Below, piece after piece: positions 1 through 8,812 of a stretch of DNA of 64,000 nt. Position 1 is the stretch's first letter. Each line of letters begins with the position of its first letter. Under the pieces are notes generated by a model, which was given only the letters and a program-made list of their open reading frames with translations, had not been told where the DNA came from and made no database searches. This stretch comes from a virus (lineage: Duplodnaviria > Caudoviricetes): the IMG/VR virus record IMGVR_UViG_3300037462_000487, positions 11,491 to 75,490 of that record. One strand, given 5' to 3'. A program made the position numbers and the translations under genes.

Positions 1-31
1 GTGGTAGTCACCTTAAGCGAGAGAGAGGGCG

Positions 32-57
32 AAACCCCGCCCGGTAAGGGGCGGGGT
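32..57 (-). terminator. Intrinsic terminator downstream of ORF 67-714
   Basis: ACCCCGCCC (34-42) / loop GGTAAG / GGGCGGGGT (49-57), 9 nt past the stop codon, followed by TT on the - strand. Confidence 0.65.
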
Positions 58-66
58 ACTGTGAAC

Positions 67-714
67 TTATTCGGCGGTGGCGGCGGCTTCAGTGGTGGCG
101 GCGGGCGTTTCGGCCGGCGCTTCGGCTAACAGCGCCTGCGCTTCTTTTGCCGCCTGCGCGGCAAAAACGTCTAAACGTTTTGCCAGGGCGCTCTTGCCCG
201 CCGGAGTCAGGGTCGGAGCTTTCGCATTGCTCCACTGCGCCACCGGGCGGTCACGCCCGATGAGGCTTTTGAACAACCCTCGGAGGAAAACTTCATTAAG
301 TCCTGTGTCTTCAGGGTATTCCCATCCCGTAACAGTACGGTAGATACGATACTCGACCGATGTAATACCGGTGCGAGTTACTTCATTCAGTCGCCCGTTT
401 CCATCCTCCCCCAGGGCAACCGGGGTGGAGACGGTAAGGGTAAAGAGAATGTCATCTTCAGGGTCTTCCGTGAGGATAGCCACAGGTTTGACTTTCCCGC
501 CGCGCGTGACCACTGCGCTGCTGAACCTCCGTCCTTTTGCGTCCGATCCAGCGTAAATTGAGTCTTTCGGCAGGGCAGGCAGTGCGAAGGACACATATTC
601 AATGGGGGCATTCTCTGCTTGAAGGAAAATGGCGCGAGCTGGCGCTTCCCGGATAGCGCCCAGGATGGCACGGGTATCGGCATAGAACCGAGTCATTGCA
701 TTGTCGATAGTCAT
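67..714 (-). CDS. Hypothetical protein, probably the first early gene; Ala-rich C-terminal tail
   Basis: 215-aa ORF with AGGAG RBS (complement of 722-726) and its own terminator; no family recognised. Confidence 0.8.
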   Translation of the reverse strand: MTIDNAMTRFYADTRAILGAIREAPARAIFLQAENAPIEYVSFALPALPKDSIYAGSDAKGRRFSSAVVTRGGKVKPVAILTEDPEDDILFTLTVSTPVALGEDGNGRLNEVTRTGITSVEYRIYRTVTGWEYPEDTGLNEVFLRGLFKSLIGRDRPVAQWSNAKAPTLTPAGKSALAKRLDVFAAQAAKEAQALLAEAPAETPAATTEAAATAE

Positions 715-967
715 GGTAGGACTCCTGTAGGGTTAGCCGGGTACCCGGCAATGAGTAGGTTTGTTACGCGCCGGGCAACCCTGCCGGGGCGCGTGATTTA
801 CGATTGTCGCATAATGCTTAATAGGCATGATGCGACCATCGAAAATTTCATAGTAATATACGCCAAACAATGGAGTCTGTCGGCAAAATAGGCGGCAAGA
901 CACAATCCGGGCTAAAAAGCCTAGCGGCATTGTTAAGCTAAGTGTTAAGGTGCACCTGCGCCAGCGT

Positions 968-1001
968 GGGCGCGGGGGGCGCGGGGGCGCGGGGGCGCGG
1001 G
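968..1001 (+). repeat. (G3-6 CGC)n tandem repeat, canonical G-quadruplex motif
   Basis: GGG CGC GGGGGG CGC GGGGG CGC GGGGG CGC GGG read directly. Confidence 0.9.
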
Positions 1002-1096
1002 CTGAGCAGGTCTTACACTCTTATAGTAAGCTATTTAGATTAATGGTTTATGAGTAACCGCTTAGCGCCAGCTAAGAGAAATCAGTAAGATACCTG

Positions 1097-1187
1097 GCTA
1101 ATGACCGGGTAAGGTGCAATGCTAATAGCCCTGTCACTATGCCATGTCGCCCGGCGCGGTAAGACAAGGCGCTAATAGCCAGGTAAG
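1097..1187 (+). repeat. Imperfect direct repeats GCTAATRRCC, some followed by GGTAAG
   Basis: GCTAATGACC at 1097 and GCTAATAGCC at 1121 and 1171; GGTAAG recurs at 1108, 1158 and 1182. Confidence 0.6.
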
Positions 1188-1292
1188 CGATATATTTCAG
1201 AAAAGCGGGTTAAAGTTGTAGTTAAGCCCATTCAGACACAGACACCAATTTTGAATTTAAGTCCCGTTTTGAATTAGACGAGAAAAACTGTG

Positions 1293-1320
1293 AATCTACA
1301 AAAATCTACAAAAATCTACA
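1293..1320 (+). repeat. Tandem 10-mer AAAATCTACA, about 3 copies
   Basis: aatctaca aaaatctaca aaaatctaca. Confidence 0.9.
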
Positions 1321-1367
1321 TCGAAGATGAGAAATTCTCATAAAAGTGGGGTGTGCGCCGAATCTGT

Positions 1368-1411
1368 GTTACAAAACTTCTATAATATATATATAATAGA
1401 AGTTTTGTAAC
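1368..1411. repeat. Palindrome copy 1: GTTACAAAACTTCTA-N14(AT)-TAGAAGTTTTGTAAC
   Basis: Perfect 15-bp arms; exact 44-bp reverse complement of 44612-44655. Confidence 0.97.
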
Positions 1412-1465
1412 GCGCAAACGTGCACGCTGTAAACATGCCTATTACCAGACTCATAGTTTACCTTC

Positions 1466-1494
1466 TTGACAATTCCCGGTTTGTATGTTATAAT
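1466..1494 (+). promoter_or_regulatory. sigma70/sigmaA consensus promoter of the packaging operon
   Basis: TTGACA-17-TATAAT with extended -10 TGn, 30 nt upstream of ORF 1524. Confidence 0.9.
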
Positions 1495-1523
1495 GTTACG
1501 TCAGATAAATCAGGATTTTAACT

Positions 1524-1931
1524 ATGGGAAAACCACGGCTTTCTCGCATTGATTATCTTGCTCTGGGTAAGCAGCGCCATCTGACGCTGGTGTCTCTTGT
1601 GACTCCGACAGATCGGGAAGAAAAAGTGGAGTGGCGCTGTAATCTGTGCCAAAAAATTTCGCGTCGCAGTTTTCGCGGCGTTAAAGAGAGTCAGTACTCC
1701 TGTACCTGTCAGGAGCCGCGACTGCACAATCCGCAGCAGTATCGGGATGCCGGGCTGGCTGTCGGGTTAGAACTGGTCGCTGCGCAGCTACCTGCCAGTG
1801 TTGCTCATAAGACGCGCTGGCGCACGGCTGCCGGCACTGAAATTGAACTCAGCTACAACCAGGTCAAAAATCTTACCCCGGCAAAGTTGTTAGTGCTGTT
1901 AAATCGGAGTCGTCATGGCAAAACTGGCTAA
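1524..1931 (+). CDS. Putative DNA-binding protein with two zinc-ribbon/treble-clef-like repeats (second lacks Cys)
   Basis: KVEWRCNLCQKISRRSF and KTRWRTAAGTEIELSY repeat units, each preceded by a Y-x3-G-x4-L-x-L-V block. Confidence 0.55.
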   Translation: MGKPRLSRIDYLALGKQRHLTLVSLVTPTDREEKVEWRCNLCQKISRRSFRGVKESQYSCTCQEPRLHNPQQYRDAGLAVGLELVAAQLPASVAHKTRWRTAAGTEIELSYNQVKNLTPAKLLVLLNRSRHGKTG

Positions 1932-2565
1932 CTCACTCGTCAACATGCTGGAACTCAGTACCGCCGACAAAATCATTGACCTGGCTTCGCAGGGGTTAAC
2001 ACTCCATCAGATTGCTACGCTGTTGAAGCTGGATCGGCGGCGCGTCAGCGAAGCCATTCAAACCTGGATGGCAGAAGTTCATACCGAATTACTCGACAAA
2101 GTAGAGACGCTGCATACCGTCGAACTGCAACGACTGGATTACATGTACAGCAAAGTAGCCCCTTATGCGTTTCCGCGTATTGATCCAGAGTTCCCGGAAG
2201 TTGAAATTCCGCCGGATCGCGGTATGCTGCAACTGCTCCTGAACATCATCAAAGAAAAACGTGAGTGGATCAAGCAGTTGCAGGAAGCGGAACGCAAAGC
2301 CAGAGAGCGCGGCACCATTTCCTTCGACAGCTTTGAAATTACCATGCACGGACATAATCCGCTGTATGAACGCGCCCGTGTAGAAATTGCCAGCGAAGCA
2401 GAAGCTAAGTCTTCGGCAGAACCGTCGGCTGCGGCGGATATGCCGGTAACTGATCTCTACACATCGTCAAAAGCGCAGTCTTTGCTGGCGGAAACTGAGA
2501 AAGAAATTAAACGAATTGGCTCCTATTACCCGGACAAACGGACGGGGGCAGACGATGACGACTAA
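1915..2565 (+). CDS. terS: Terminase small subunit (N-terminal HTH)
   Basis: HTH IIDLASQGLTLHQIATLLKLDRRRVSEAI, ELQRLD helix, directly upstream of and overlapping terL. Confidence 0.75.
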   Translation: MAKLANSLVNMLELSTADKIIDLASQGLTLHQIATLLKLDRRRVSEAIQTWMAEVHTELLDKVETLHTVELQRLDYMYSKVAPYAFPRIDPEFPEVEIPPDRGMLQLLLNIIKEKREWIKQLQEAERKARERGTISFDSFEITMHGHNPLYERARVEIASEAEAKSSAEPSAAADMPVTDLYTSSKAQSLLAETEKEIKRIGSYYPDKRTGADDDD

Positions 2566-4159
2566 ACCTAAAACCGGCGGCAAGGGCCGCCCTAAAAATT
2601 ATAATTACCTGGCGCAGGTACCCGTTACGCCCGAACAAAAAGAAGAACTGGCTGCCGCTGCTGCCGCTAAAAAGCAGTCGCTGCCTGCCGATGAAACTGC
2701 GCCGAAGGGGTTTGTCACGGTTGCCCGCGCGGAGCAGTGGCTGGTAGAAAAATCGCGGGAAGACTGCGCTACGTTTATTGAGTATGTCAGCGGCCGGACG
2801 CTGGCCCGTCATCACCGCATCTGGCTGGCAAACATCTTCCACCCGGAGCGCTCGCGCCTGAACTTTATTGCGCCGCGTGAATCGGCTAAATCTACCATCA
2901 TGATCTATGCTCTGGCCTGGGTGATTGCTAAAGCGCCGCTGCTGACTCATGCGGTAATTTCCGTTAGCGCGTCGCAGGCGGAAGATCGCTTACGCATGGT
3001 GCGCAGCATCCTGACTAGCGTCCGCTTCAAGAACGTCTTTCCCTGGATTGCTATCGACACTGCTTTTCCCGATACCCAGACACAACTCACGGTGTTGTCG
3101 CGGGAAAACAACATGCCGTACAACGTCTGGCGCTCGCAGGTGGCCCGTCTGGGTTCCCTCAAAGACCCGACGCTGCTGGTGAGTGGCAACGGTGGGCGAG
3201 GCATTATCGGTCGGCGTTTTAGCGGTCTTTTACTGCTGGATGACATCATTGACGAAACCTACCTGAAAGACGAATTGCAGGAAAAAGTCATGAAGTACAT
3301 CGTTCAGACGCTGCTCCCCTGCGTGCAGTCAACCGGCAAAGTCATCAACATTGGCACGCGCTGGATGTTGAACGATGTCCCGGAACGTCTCATCAACAAT
3401 CCTGCCTGGCACAGTGTCGTGATCCGGGCGCTGGAAACTGATCCGACGACTGGCGAATTATGTTCTTACTGGCCGGAATACTGGCCGGTAGACACGCTGC
3501 TCAAAAAGAAAGCTGAAATGGCAAATGATGCCCTCTTTCAGATTATGTACCAGAACGATCCGTCGGCGCTGACGGCTTCGCTGTTTACGCCGCAGTCGTT
3601 GAATCGTGATCTGCCGGAAGTGCTGCCGCCTCTCAAAGAAGTTTATATTTCAACCGACTTTGCCATTTCCCAGAAAACTTCCGCCGACTACACCGTCTAC
3701 GCGGCTCTGGGTACCGATACCGCCGGCAATCTGTATCTGCTGGATATGCTGCGTCTGAAGGCCAGCCCGGAAACGCTGGTCGAAGAACTGGGGCGTTTTT
3801 GTGATCGCATTGGAGCTACGTATCACCGCCTGACAGCAGTCTTAATCGAACAGGTAGGCTTTCAATCGCTGCTGCAATCTTATATTGGCAACTCACGCCC
3901 GGATTTGCCGCTGGTGCCTCACGTCCCCAAAGGCGATAAAATGCACCGGGCTAAATACCTCTCCGGTTTAGCGCAGGCGGGTAAGTTGTTCATTAACCAG
4001 AAAATCACTCTGATTGACTACCTCAAGTCGGAGTGGCTGAACTTTCCGCTGCATCGCCATGACGATACGCTGGATGCAGTCAGTCTGTTCTGTCAGTATC
4101 ATGGCGCAGGCGTTTCGGTACGCAGCGTCCGCCAGATCAAAAGTCCGTTTTTAATCTAG
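2555..4159 (+). CDS. terL: Terminase large subunit
   Basis: Walker A-like PRESAKST, Walker B LLLLDD, nuclease acidic motifs STDFAIS..ADYT and HDDTLDAVS; start moved to ATG 2555 (GGGGG RBS) from ORF-track 2516. Confidence 0.95.
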   Translation: MTTKPKTGGKGRPKNYNYLAQVPVTPEQKEELAAAAAAKKQSLPADETAPKGFVTVARAEQWLVEKSREDCATFIEYVSGRTLARHHRIWLANIFHPERSRLNFIAPRESAKSTIMIYALAWVIAKAPLLTHAVISVSASQAEDRLRMVRSILTSVRFKNVFPWIAIDTAFPDTQTQLTVLSRENNMPYNVWRSQVARLGSLKDPTLLVSGNGGRGIIGRRFSGLLLLDDIIDETYLKDELQEKVMKYIVQTLLPCVQSTGKVINIGTRWMLNDVPERLINNPAWHSVVIRALETDPTTGELCSYWPEYWPVDTLLKKKAEMANDALFQIMYQNDPSALTASLFTPQSLNRDLPEVLPPLKEVYISTDFAISQKTSADYTVYAALGTDTAGNLYLLDMLRLKASPETLVEELGRFCDRIGATYHRLTAVLIEQVGFQSLLQSYIGNSRPDLPLVPHVPKGDKMHRAKYLSGLAQAGKLFINQKITLIDYLKSEWLNFPLHRHDDTLDAVSLFCQYHGAGVSVRSVRQIKSPFLI

Positions 4160-4167
4160 GAGTACAC

Positions 4168-5142
4168 ATGTTCATTCTTCCGACTCACTTACCCGACTGG
4201 ATTCGCACCACCTACCACAACTATCTCAAACAGCCGCTGCCAGTCGAGCTGAACCCCGATCCCTATCAGGAACGGGCGGATTACGTTTCGTGCAGCAGCC
4301 TGGCACGCTGCCCGAAAGCGTATGCCATGACCAAGAAAAAAATCACACCACACCTGCCGGAACTGCTCGATGAACATAATCTGCCGGCGCTGATGCGGAT
4401 GTCGGGTGGCACCGAAGCCGGCAAAATTTTTGCCAGCGCTTTTCGCCTGGCTTATCCTGCCCATGCTCGTGCGGAAATGTATCTGGATCACCCGGAGCTT
4501 AAACTTCACGGGTTTTGCGATGTTGTCGTGACTGACGATGCCGGGCAGACGCTGGTGATCGAAGTCAAAAAACGCCCCGGCTATTTCAACACCCCGGCGC
4601 AGCCGCGGCTGAGTGACTGCTACCAGTTGCTGGCGTATGCCTGTATTCTGCGTCATCGGGGTATTACTCCGCGGCTGGCGCTGGTGCTGCTGGATGGTTC
4701 TGACTCGCTGCCGGTGCAGACACTGGAACTGTGTCCGGTAGACGGGGGTTATGAATTACGTAACTACTCGGTGCCGATCATTGACGACTTCTCCGGGGCA
4801 GTCATTTCCAGCTATACCCGGTGGGATTTTCCCCAAAATCACCCCGGACATCTGAACGAATATACCATTCAAGAAAAAATTCGCCTGGCTCATGACTGGC
4901 TTTCCCGTACTGACTACAGCGACACCCCGGTCGCTGATCCGCTGAATGATCGTTCCGGCATTGCCTATCAGTGTGTGCAGTGGCGTGATGGTCGCCGCCC
5001 GAAACCCAATAAAGTTAAACCCGTCGTGACAGCGGTGTGCGCTAACTGCCCCTTTTCCTGTCATTTTAATAATTCAATTACCAGTTATCCGGTAGTGATT
5101 ACGGCTGACGGTCACGCACAGTATCTTGACAAACCGAATTAA
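4168..5142 (+). CDS. Cas4-like PD-(D/E)XK exonuclease with probable Fe-S cysteines
   Basis: SCSSLARCP, GFCDVVV..LVIEVKK, YQLLAYA, C-terminal C..CANCPFSC. Confidence 0.8.
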   Translation: MFILPTHLPDWIRTTYHNYLKQPLPVELNPDPYQERADYVSCSSLARCPKAYAMTKKKITPHLPELLDEHNLPALMRMSGGTEAGKIFASAFRLAYPAHARAEMYLDHPELKLHGFCDVVVTDDAGQTLVIEVKKRPGYFNTPAQPRLSDCYQLLAYACILRHRGITPRLALVLLDGSDSLPVQTLELCPVDGGYELRNYSVPIIDDFSGAVISSYTRWDFPQNHPGHLNEYTIQEKIRLAHDWLSRTDYSDTPVADPLNDRSGIAYQCVQWRDGRRPKPNKVKPVVTAVCANCPFSCHFNNSITSYPVVITADGHAQYLDKPN

Positions 5143-5154
5143 GTATGTTATAAT
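5126..5154 (+). promoter_or_regulatory. sigma70 consensus promoter
   Basis: TTGACA-17-TATAAT, extended -10 (TATGTTATAAT, same as P1466). Confidence 0.88.
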
Positions 5155-5180
5155 TAACTCTGAAGTCAAAGGCATACTAC

Positions 5181-6041
5181 ATGGTCTCCGACGGCAGCAC
5201 AATTTCCCTGATCGAAACACTGGCAGCCATTGAGCAAGTCAGCACCTGGGGCTTGCTGGTGTTTGTTGTTGTTGGTGGATTGATGCTCGCGCGTCTCTAT
5301 TTTACTTCCCGCCGACAGGATGCGCAGGTGATCGGACAGTTTACCAGTCTGCAAACCGGGCTGGTGACTGCGTTGAACAACCAGTCGCAGCTAACCACCC
5401 ACACGGCACAGCAAATTAACGCTTCTGTCGCGGCGACGCAGGCATTGACGACGCAGATCACCGGCTTAACCGGGCAAATGGGAATGGTCAGCGAGAACTT
5501 GCAGGCAATTAAAGATAAAATGGCGCTGGATCGTAAAATGATGGCTGTTCAGTTAGAGCAGCTTCCGGCAGAATTAAACCGCGCGCTGATCGAAACTTTT
5601 GAACGTCACGACGAAGCGCAGACAAAACGCTTTATCGACGGTATTACGCATGTTATTAACAAAATTCCGCAGCACCTGACAGTCGGGGTAATGAGTGTTT
5701 CCCCGGAAGGTACGGTGTCCGCAGTCAATAACGAACTGCTGGCACTTACCGGCTTAACTCCCGATGTTGTTGGTCGCAATTTGTTCACCGACGGCGTGGT
5801 GCGAGTTGTAGACGAAGGGGGTAAACCGTTATTAGTCGCGCAATCCCCTTTTTCCGATTTACTTTCTGGCGACAAAAGCTCTTTGCAGCTTATTGCCGGC
5901 ATCATTCCACCCCACTCCGTCACGCAGGAGAAACGCTGGTTTCTGCTCAAAGCCGCTCCCGCCGTCACCATTCGTCCTTCTACCAATTCGCAAATTCTTA
6001 TCACTTTTACCGATATAGGTAAACTTATTCATGCCATCTAA
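5181..6041 (+). CDS. Membrane-anchored coiled-coil plus PAS domain protein with no output domain
   Basis: TM WGLLVFVVVGGLMLARLYF, Q/T-rich heptads, then PAS signature GVMSVSPEGTVSAVNNELLALTGL..VVGRN..RWFLLKAAP..ILITFTDI. Confidence 0.75.
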   Translation: MVSDGSTISLIETLAAIEQVSTWGLLVFVVVGGLMLARLYFTSRRQDAQVIGQFTSLQTGLVTALNNQSQLTTHTAQQINASVAATQALTTQITGLTGQMGMVSENLQAIKDKMALDRKMMAVQLEQLPAELNRALIETFERHDEAQTKRFIDGITHVINKIPQHLTVGVMSVSPEGTVSAVNNELLALTGLTPDVVGRNLFTDGVVRVVDEGGKPLLVAQSPFSDLLSGDKSSLQLIAGIIPPHSVTQEKRWFLLKAAPAVTIRPSTNSQILITFTDIGKLIHAI

Positions 6042-7788
6042 TACCAGCACTTACGCCGCCGATTACCTGAAGACTGCCGGATTAACCCCCGGCAGCAGCG
6101 TTGTTCGCCCTGCCGGCCCCGGTCAGGTGACGATTAACAACGTGCTGGAAACCGGGCGGCAAATCCGCGATCAGCAGCTCTGGCAGTTTAACATTCTGCC
6201 AGAAGCGGTACTGCTGTTTCAACAGTTGTCGTCGTCGCGGGAGTGGGCAGTTTCCGGTCGGCCGCGGCAGGCTGCTCGCACGGTAGAATGGCTTAACTCT
6301 GCTCGCTCGGTTGATCCGCAAAACGGTCAGACGTTTTACGGTTTTCAGCAGTATTTGCAGCGGCGGGCGCTCGATGCTGTTGTTGTTGGACGCACTGCCT
6401 TTTACTGCCCGCTTGGTGACGGTTATCTGGAATACCTTGATCCGACGGCTTTGCGTTTTGTCCGCGACAAACTCAGTTACGGCGCTAAAATTGAGTCACC
6501 CTCTCCCCGTGAATTTGTCTGGCAGTATTTTAATCACCGGGCTTTGCGGGCAGGTGAGGTTTTTCTGGATCATATGCTGCCGATTGGCACCAGCTACTTT
6601 CTACCGCCAATTGTCTCAGTGTTGAAGATAGCCCGGCTGGCCTGGCTGCTCACCGAACACGACAGCGCCAAACTGGATGGTCGTAAAATTCGGGAAATTT
6701 TCATTGTCTCTAACGAAGCTCTGGGCAGCGGCATTGAAGATGCTATTCTCAAGCAAGCCGCGATCTGGGCAGGAGCCGATGCTTCGCAGCTTGGCATTCC
6801 GGTTGTCAGCATCAACAATCCGTCGGGAACCAGTGTCGCTAATCTCATTCACACGATGGGTATCTCCAATCTGCCAGAAAACTTTGATCGGCAGGGTTTC
6901 ATTGATGCCTACGTTAACCAGATCGCGGCGGCTCTGGGTATGGCGCTGCGGCAGTTCTGGAACAACGAAAAGACGACTAACCGCGCTCTGGAAGAAGTGC
7001 AGGAGCAGCGTCAGCAGCAAAAAGGCCCCAACCTGTTTGTTAAGACGGAAGAAAAACTAATTAACAACTCTGGCATTCTGGATCGGTTTGGTACCGGGCG
7101 TTATCGGGTGCGGTTTGGGTTCATTGAAGAAACCGATCTGACCAGTCGTATTGCGAATGCCGATGTGCTGAAGAAAACCGCCGAAGCGCTGGCAACCGTC
7201 AACGCCGTCTTCAAGCAGACTATTTCGCTGGAATCGTACCTGGCCTGGATGCAAAATCTGAACATTCTCCCGTATGAACTGGAACTTAACGCGGTTGATA
7301 CGTCTAACTCCCCACATATTGTTCCTGAAGCCAGCACCGAAACCACGCCCGATGAAACCCGTGAAACCGGCAGCCCGGCGCTGTCGTCTTTTGACAATCT
7401 GGAAAAAATGATACGGGAACTGGAAGATGGCAACGTAGTTTTAAATCAACACGGTGAAGTATTGGATCGTCGCCGTAAACACTTCTCCGTTTTGCATATC
7501 CTGACGCAGATCGAAACCCTCGAACAAAGCCAGATTGAAGCTTTACCGGCTGACGAAGAAGCCTTTCAGGCGGCTTTAAAAGTGGCGAATGCCGCGGTTC
7601 GCGCTGCGTTTCGCGTCAATTATGAAGCTGCGCAGACTCAAATCACAGAATGGCGGCAGCACCAGATTCTGGTTTCTCCGACGACAATTGACAGCGCAAT
7701 CCGTAAGGCTCTGGCCGATGAAGAACTGCTGCCGGTAGAGCAGGATGTACTAGATGCTATGATGCGTTATTTGGAGTTAAACGTATGA
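6031..7788 (+). CDS. Portal protein
   Basis: 585 aa between terminase and protease; FQQYLQRRALDAVVVGRTAF helix and YVNQIAAALGM segment typical of portals. Confidence 0.75.
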   Translation: MPSNTSTYAADYLKTAGLTPGSSVVRPAGPGQVTINNVLETGRQIRDQQLWQFNILPEAVLLFQQLSSSREWAVSGRPRQAARTVEWLNSARSVDPQNGQTFYGFQQYLQRRALDAVVVGRTAFYCPLGDGYLEYLDPTALRFVRDKLSYGAKIESPSPREFVWQYFNHRALRAGEVFLDHMLPIGTSYFLPPIVSVLKIARLAWLLTEHDSAKLDGRKIREIFIVSNEALGSGIEDAILKQAAIWAGADASQLGIPVVSINNPSGTSVANLIHTMGISNLPENFDRQGFIDAYVNQIAAALGMALRQFWNNEKTTNRALEEVQEQRQQQKGPNLFVKTEEKLINNSGILDRFGTGRYRVRFGFIEETDLTSRIANADVLKKTAEALATVNAVFKQTISLESYLAWMQNLNILPYELELNAVDTSNSPHIVPEASTETTPDETRETGSPALSSFDNLEKMIRELEDGNVVLNQHGEVLDRRRKHFSVLHILTQIETLEQSQIEALPADEEAFQAALKVANAAVRAAFRVNYEAAQTQITEWRQHQILVSPTTIDSAIRKALADEELLPVEQDVLDAMMRYLELNV

Positions 7789-8795
7789 ACCTGACAACTC
7801 ATCTGATTGAAGCTAAAAATATGCAGCTTTACGCTTATTCGCTGCCTGCCAGAGAAGATCGGCTGTATTTTGTTGTTAAAGCCGCTTCGGTGGGGGCACC
7901 GGATAAGAAAGATTTGGGAGGCGACTATTACACCCCGGAAACGGATTGGGGAGATCGTTATGTCAAATCGGTTAATGTGTTTATCGACCACCTGCATAAC
8001 GATGAAACCAATCCGTACATCATGCCGGAACGTCAGCTTATCGGTGCCGCCCATTTGTTGGAAAAGGATGCCGCCTTTACTGCGTGGCTTCAGGAAATGG
8101 GTCTGTCGGAATCGGAAGCGCTGCATCGCTGGTATCTGGTTGAACTGGATAAAGCCAATCAGTATACGCTTTATCTGCAAAGACTGGCGAATGAAAAAAA
8201 GCTAGGGCTGAGTACGCAGGCTTATTTTAACTCAGTCAAACGTCAGGAAGATGGCCGGCTGGATAGCTGGTATATTAACGAGATTACGTTTACGGTGTCG
8301 CCTATGGATGCGACGACGGTAGGGCATGTCTATCAGATTGCTAAATCACTGGGTATTGAGTTTCAAAAGAAAGGGCATCTTATGGCAGATGAACAGAACG
8401 TTGAAGTGGCGGTGGCAGCGGAAGTGACGACTGTTGTGCCGCCGTCGCTGGAAGCGGAAATTACCGAAATTCTGGCGGCTCCGCCGGAACCGACTCTGGA
8501 AAGTACTATTGCCAACGCGGCTGAGCTGCGAGCGCAGATTGAAGCGCTGCGCGCAGAACTGAAAACCAGCGTTAACGCGCTGAGTGAAGCCCTGACGGCA
8601 ATCAGCGTGTCTACCAATGACATTCGTAAGGGTGTGACGCTGTTTGCTGAGCAGGTTGCCAAACGCCTGCAAGTGAAAACCATTGAAGCTGCCAAAGAAG
8701 CTGCTCTGGTTGAAAAAGAAGCCGTTCAGGAAGTTAAAAGCACTGCTAAAGGGTTTACTGCCACTTATTTTCCGCCTAACGCCCCCGGCGCTTAA
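7785..8795 (+). CDS. Prohead protease fused to coiled-coil scaffold
   Basis: DLGGDYYT, FIDH (His), LGLSTQA (Ser), EITFTVSPMD; C-terminal heptad repeats. Confidence 0.75.
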   Translation: MNLTTHLIEAKNMQLYAYSLPAREDRLYFVVKAASVGAPDKKDLGGDYYTPETDWGDRYVKSVNVFIDHLHNDETNPYIMPERQLIGAAHLLEKDAAFTAWLQEMGLSESEALHRWYLVELDKANQYTLYLQRLANEKKLGLSTQAYFNSVKRQEDGRLDSWYINEITFTVSPMDATTVGHVYQIAKSLGIEFQKKGHLMADEQNVEVAVAAEVTTVVPPSLEAEITEILAAPPEPTLESTIANAAELRAQIEALRAELKTSVNALSEALTAISVSTNDIRKGVTLFAEQVAKRLQVKTIEAAKEAALVEKEAVQEVKSTAKGFTATYFPPNAPGA

Positions 8796-8812
8796 CTCAA
8801 AAGGATACTGCT

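Noticed and set aside
733-930. Small ORFs 733-930 (-) and 619-891 (+)
   Set aside because: No RBS or motifs; the region looks regulatory.
1368-1411. Palindrome as a CRISPR repeat or mini-array (with the nearby Cas4-like gene)
   Set aside because: Copies are 18-43 kb apart with no repeat-spacer periodicity; no cas1/cas2 or leader.
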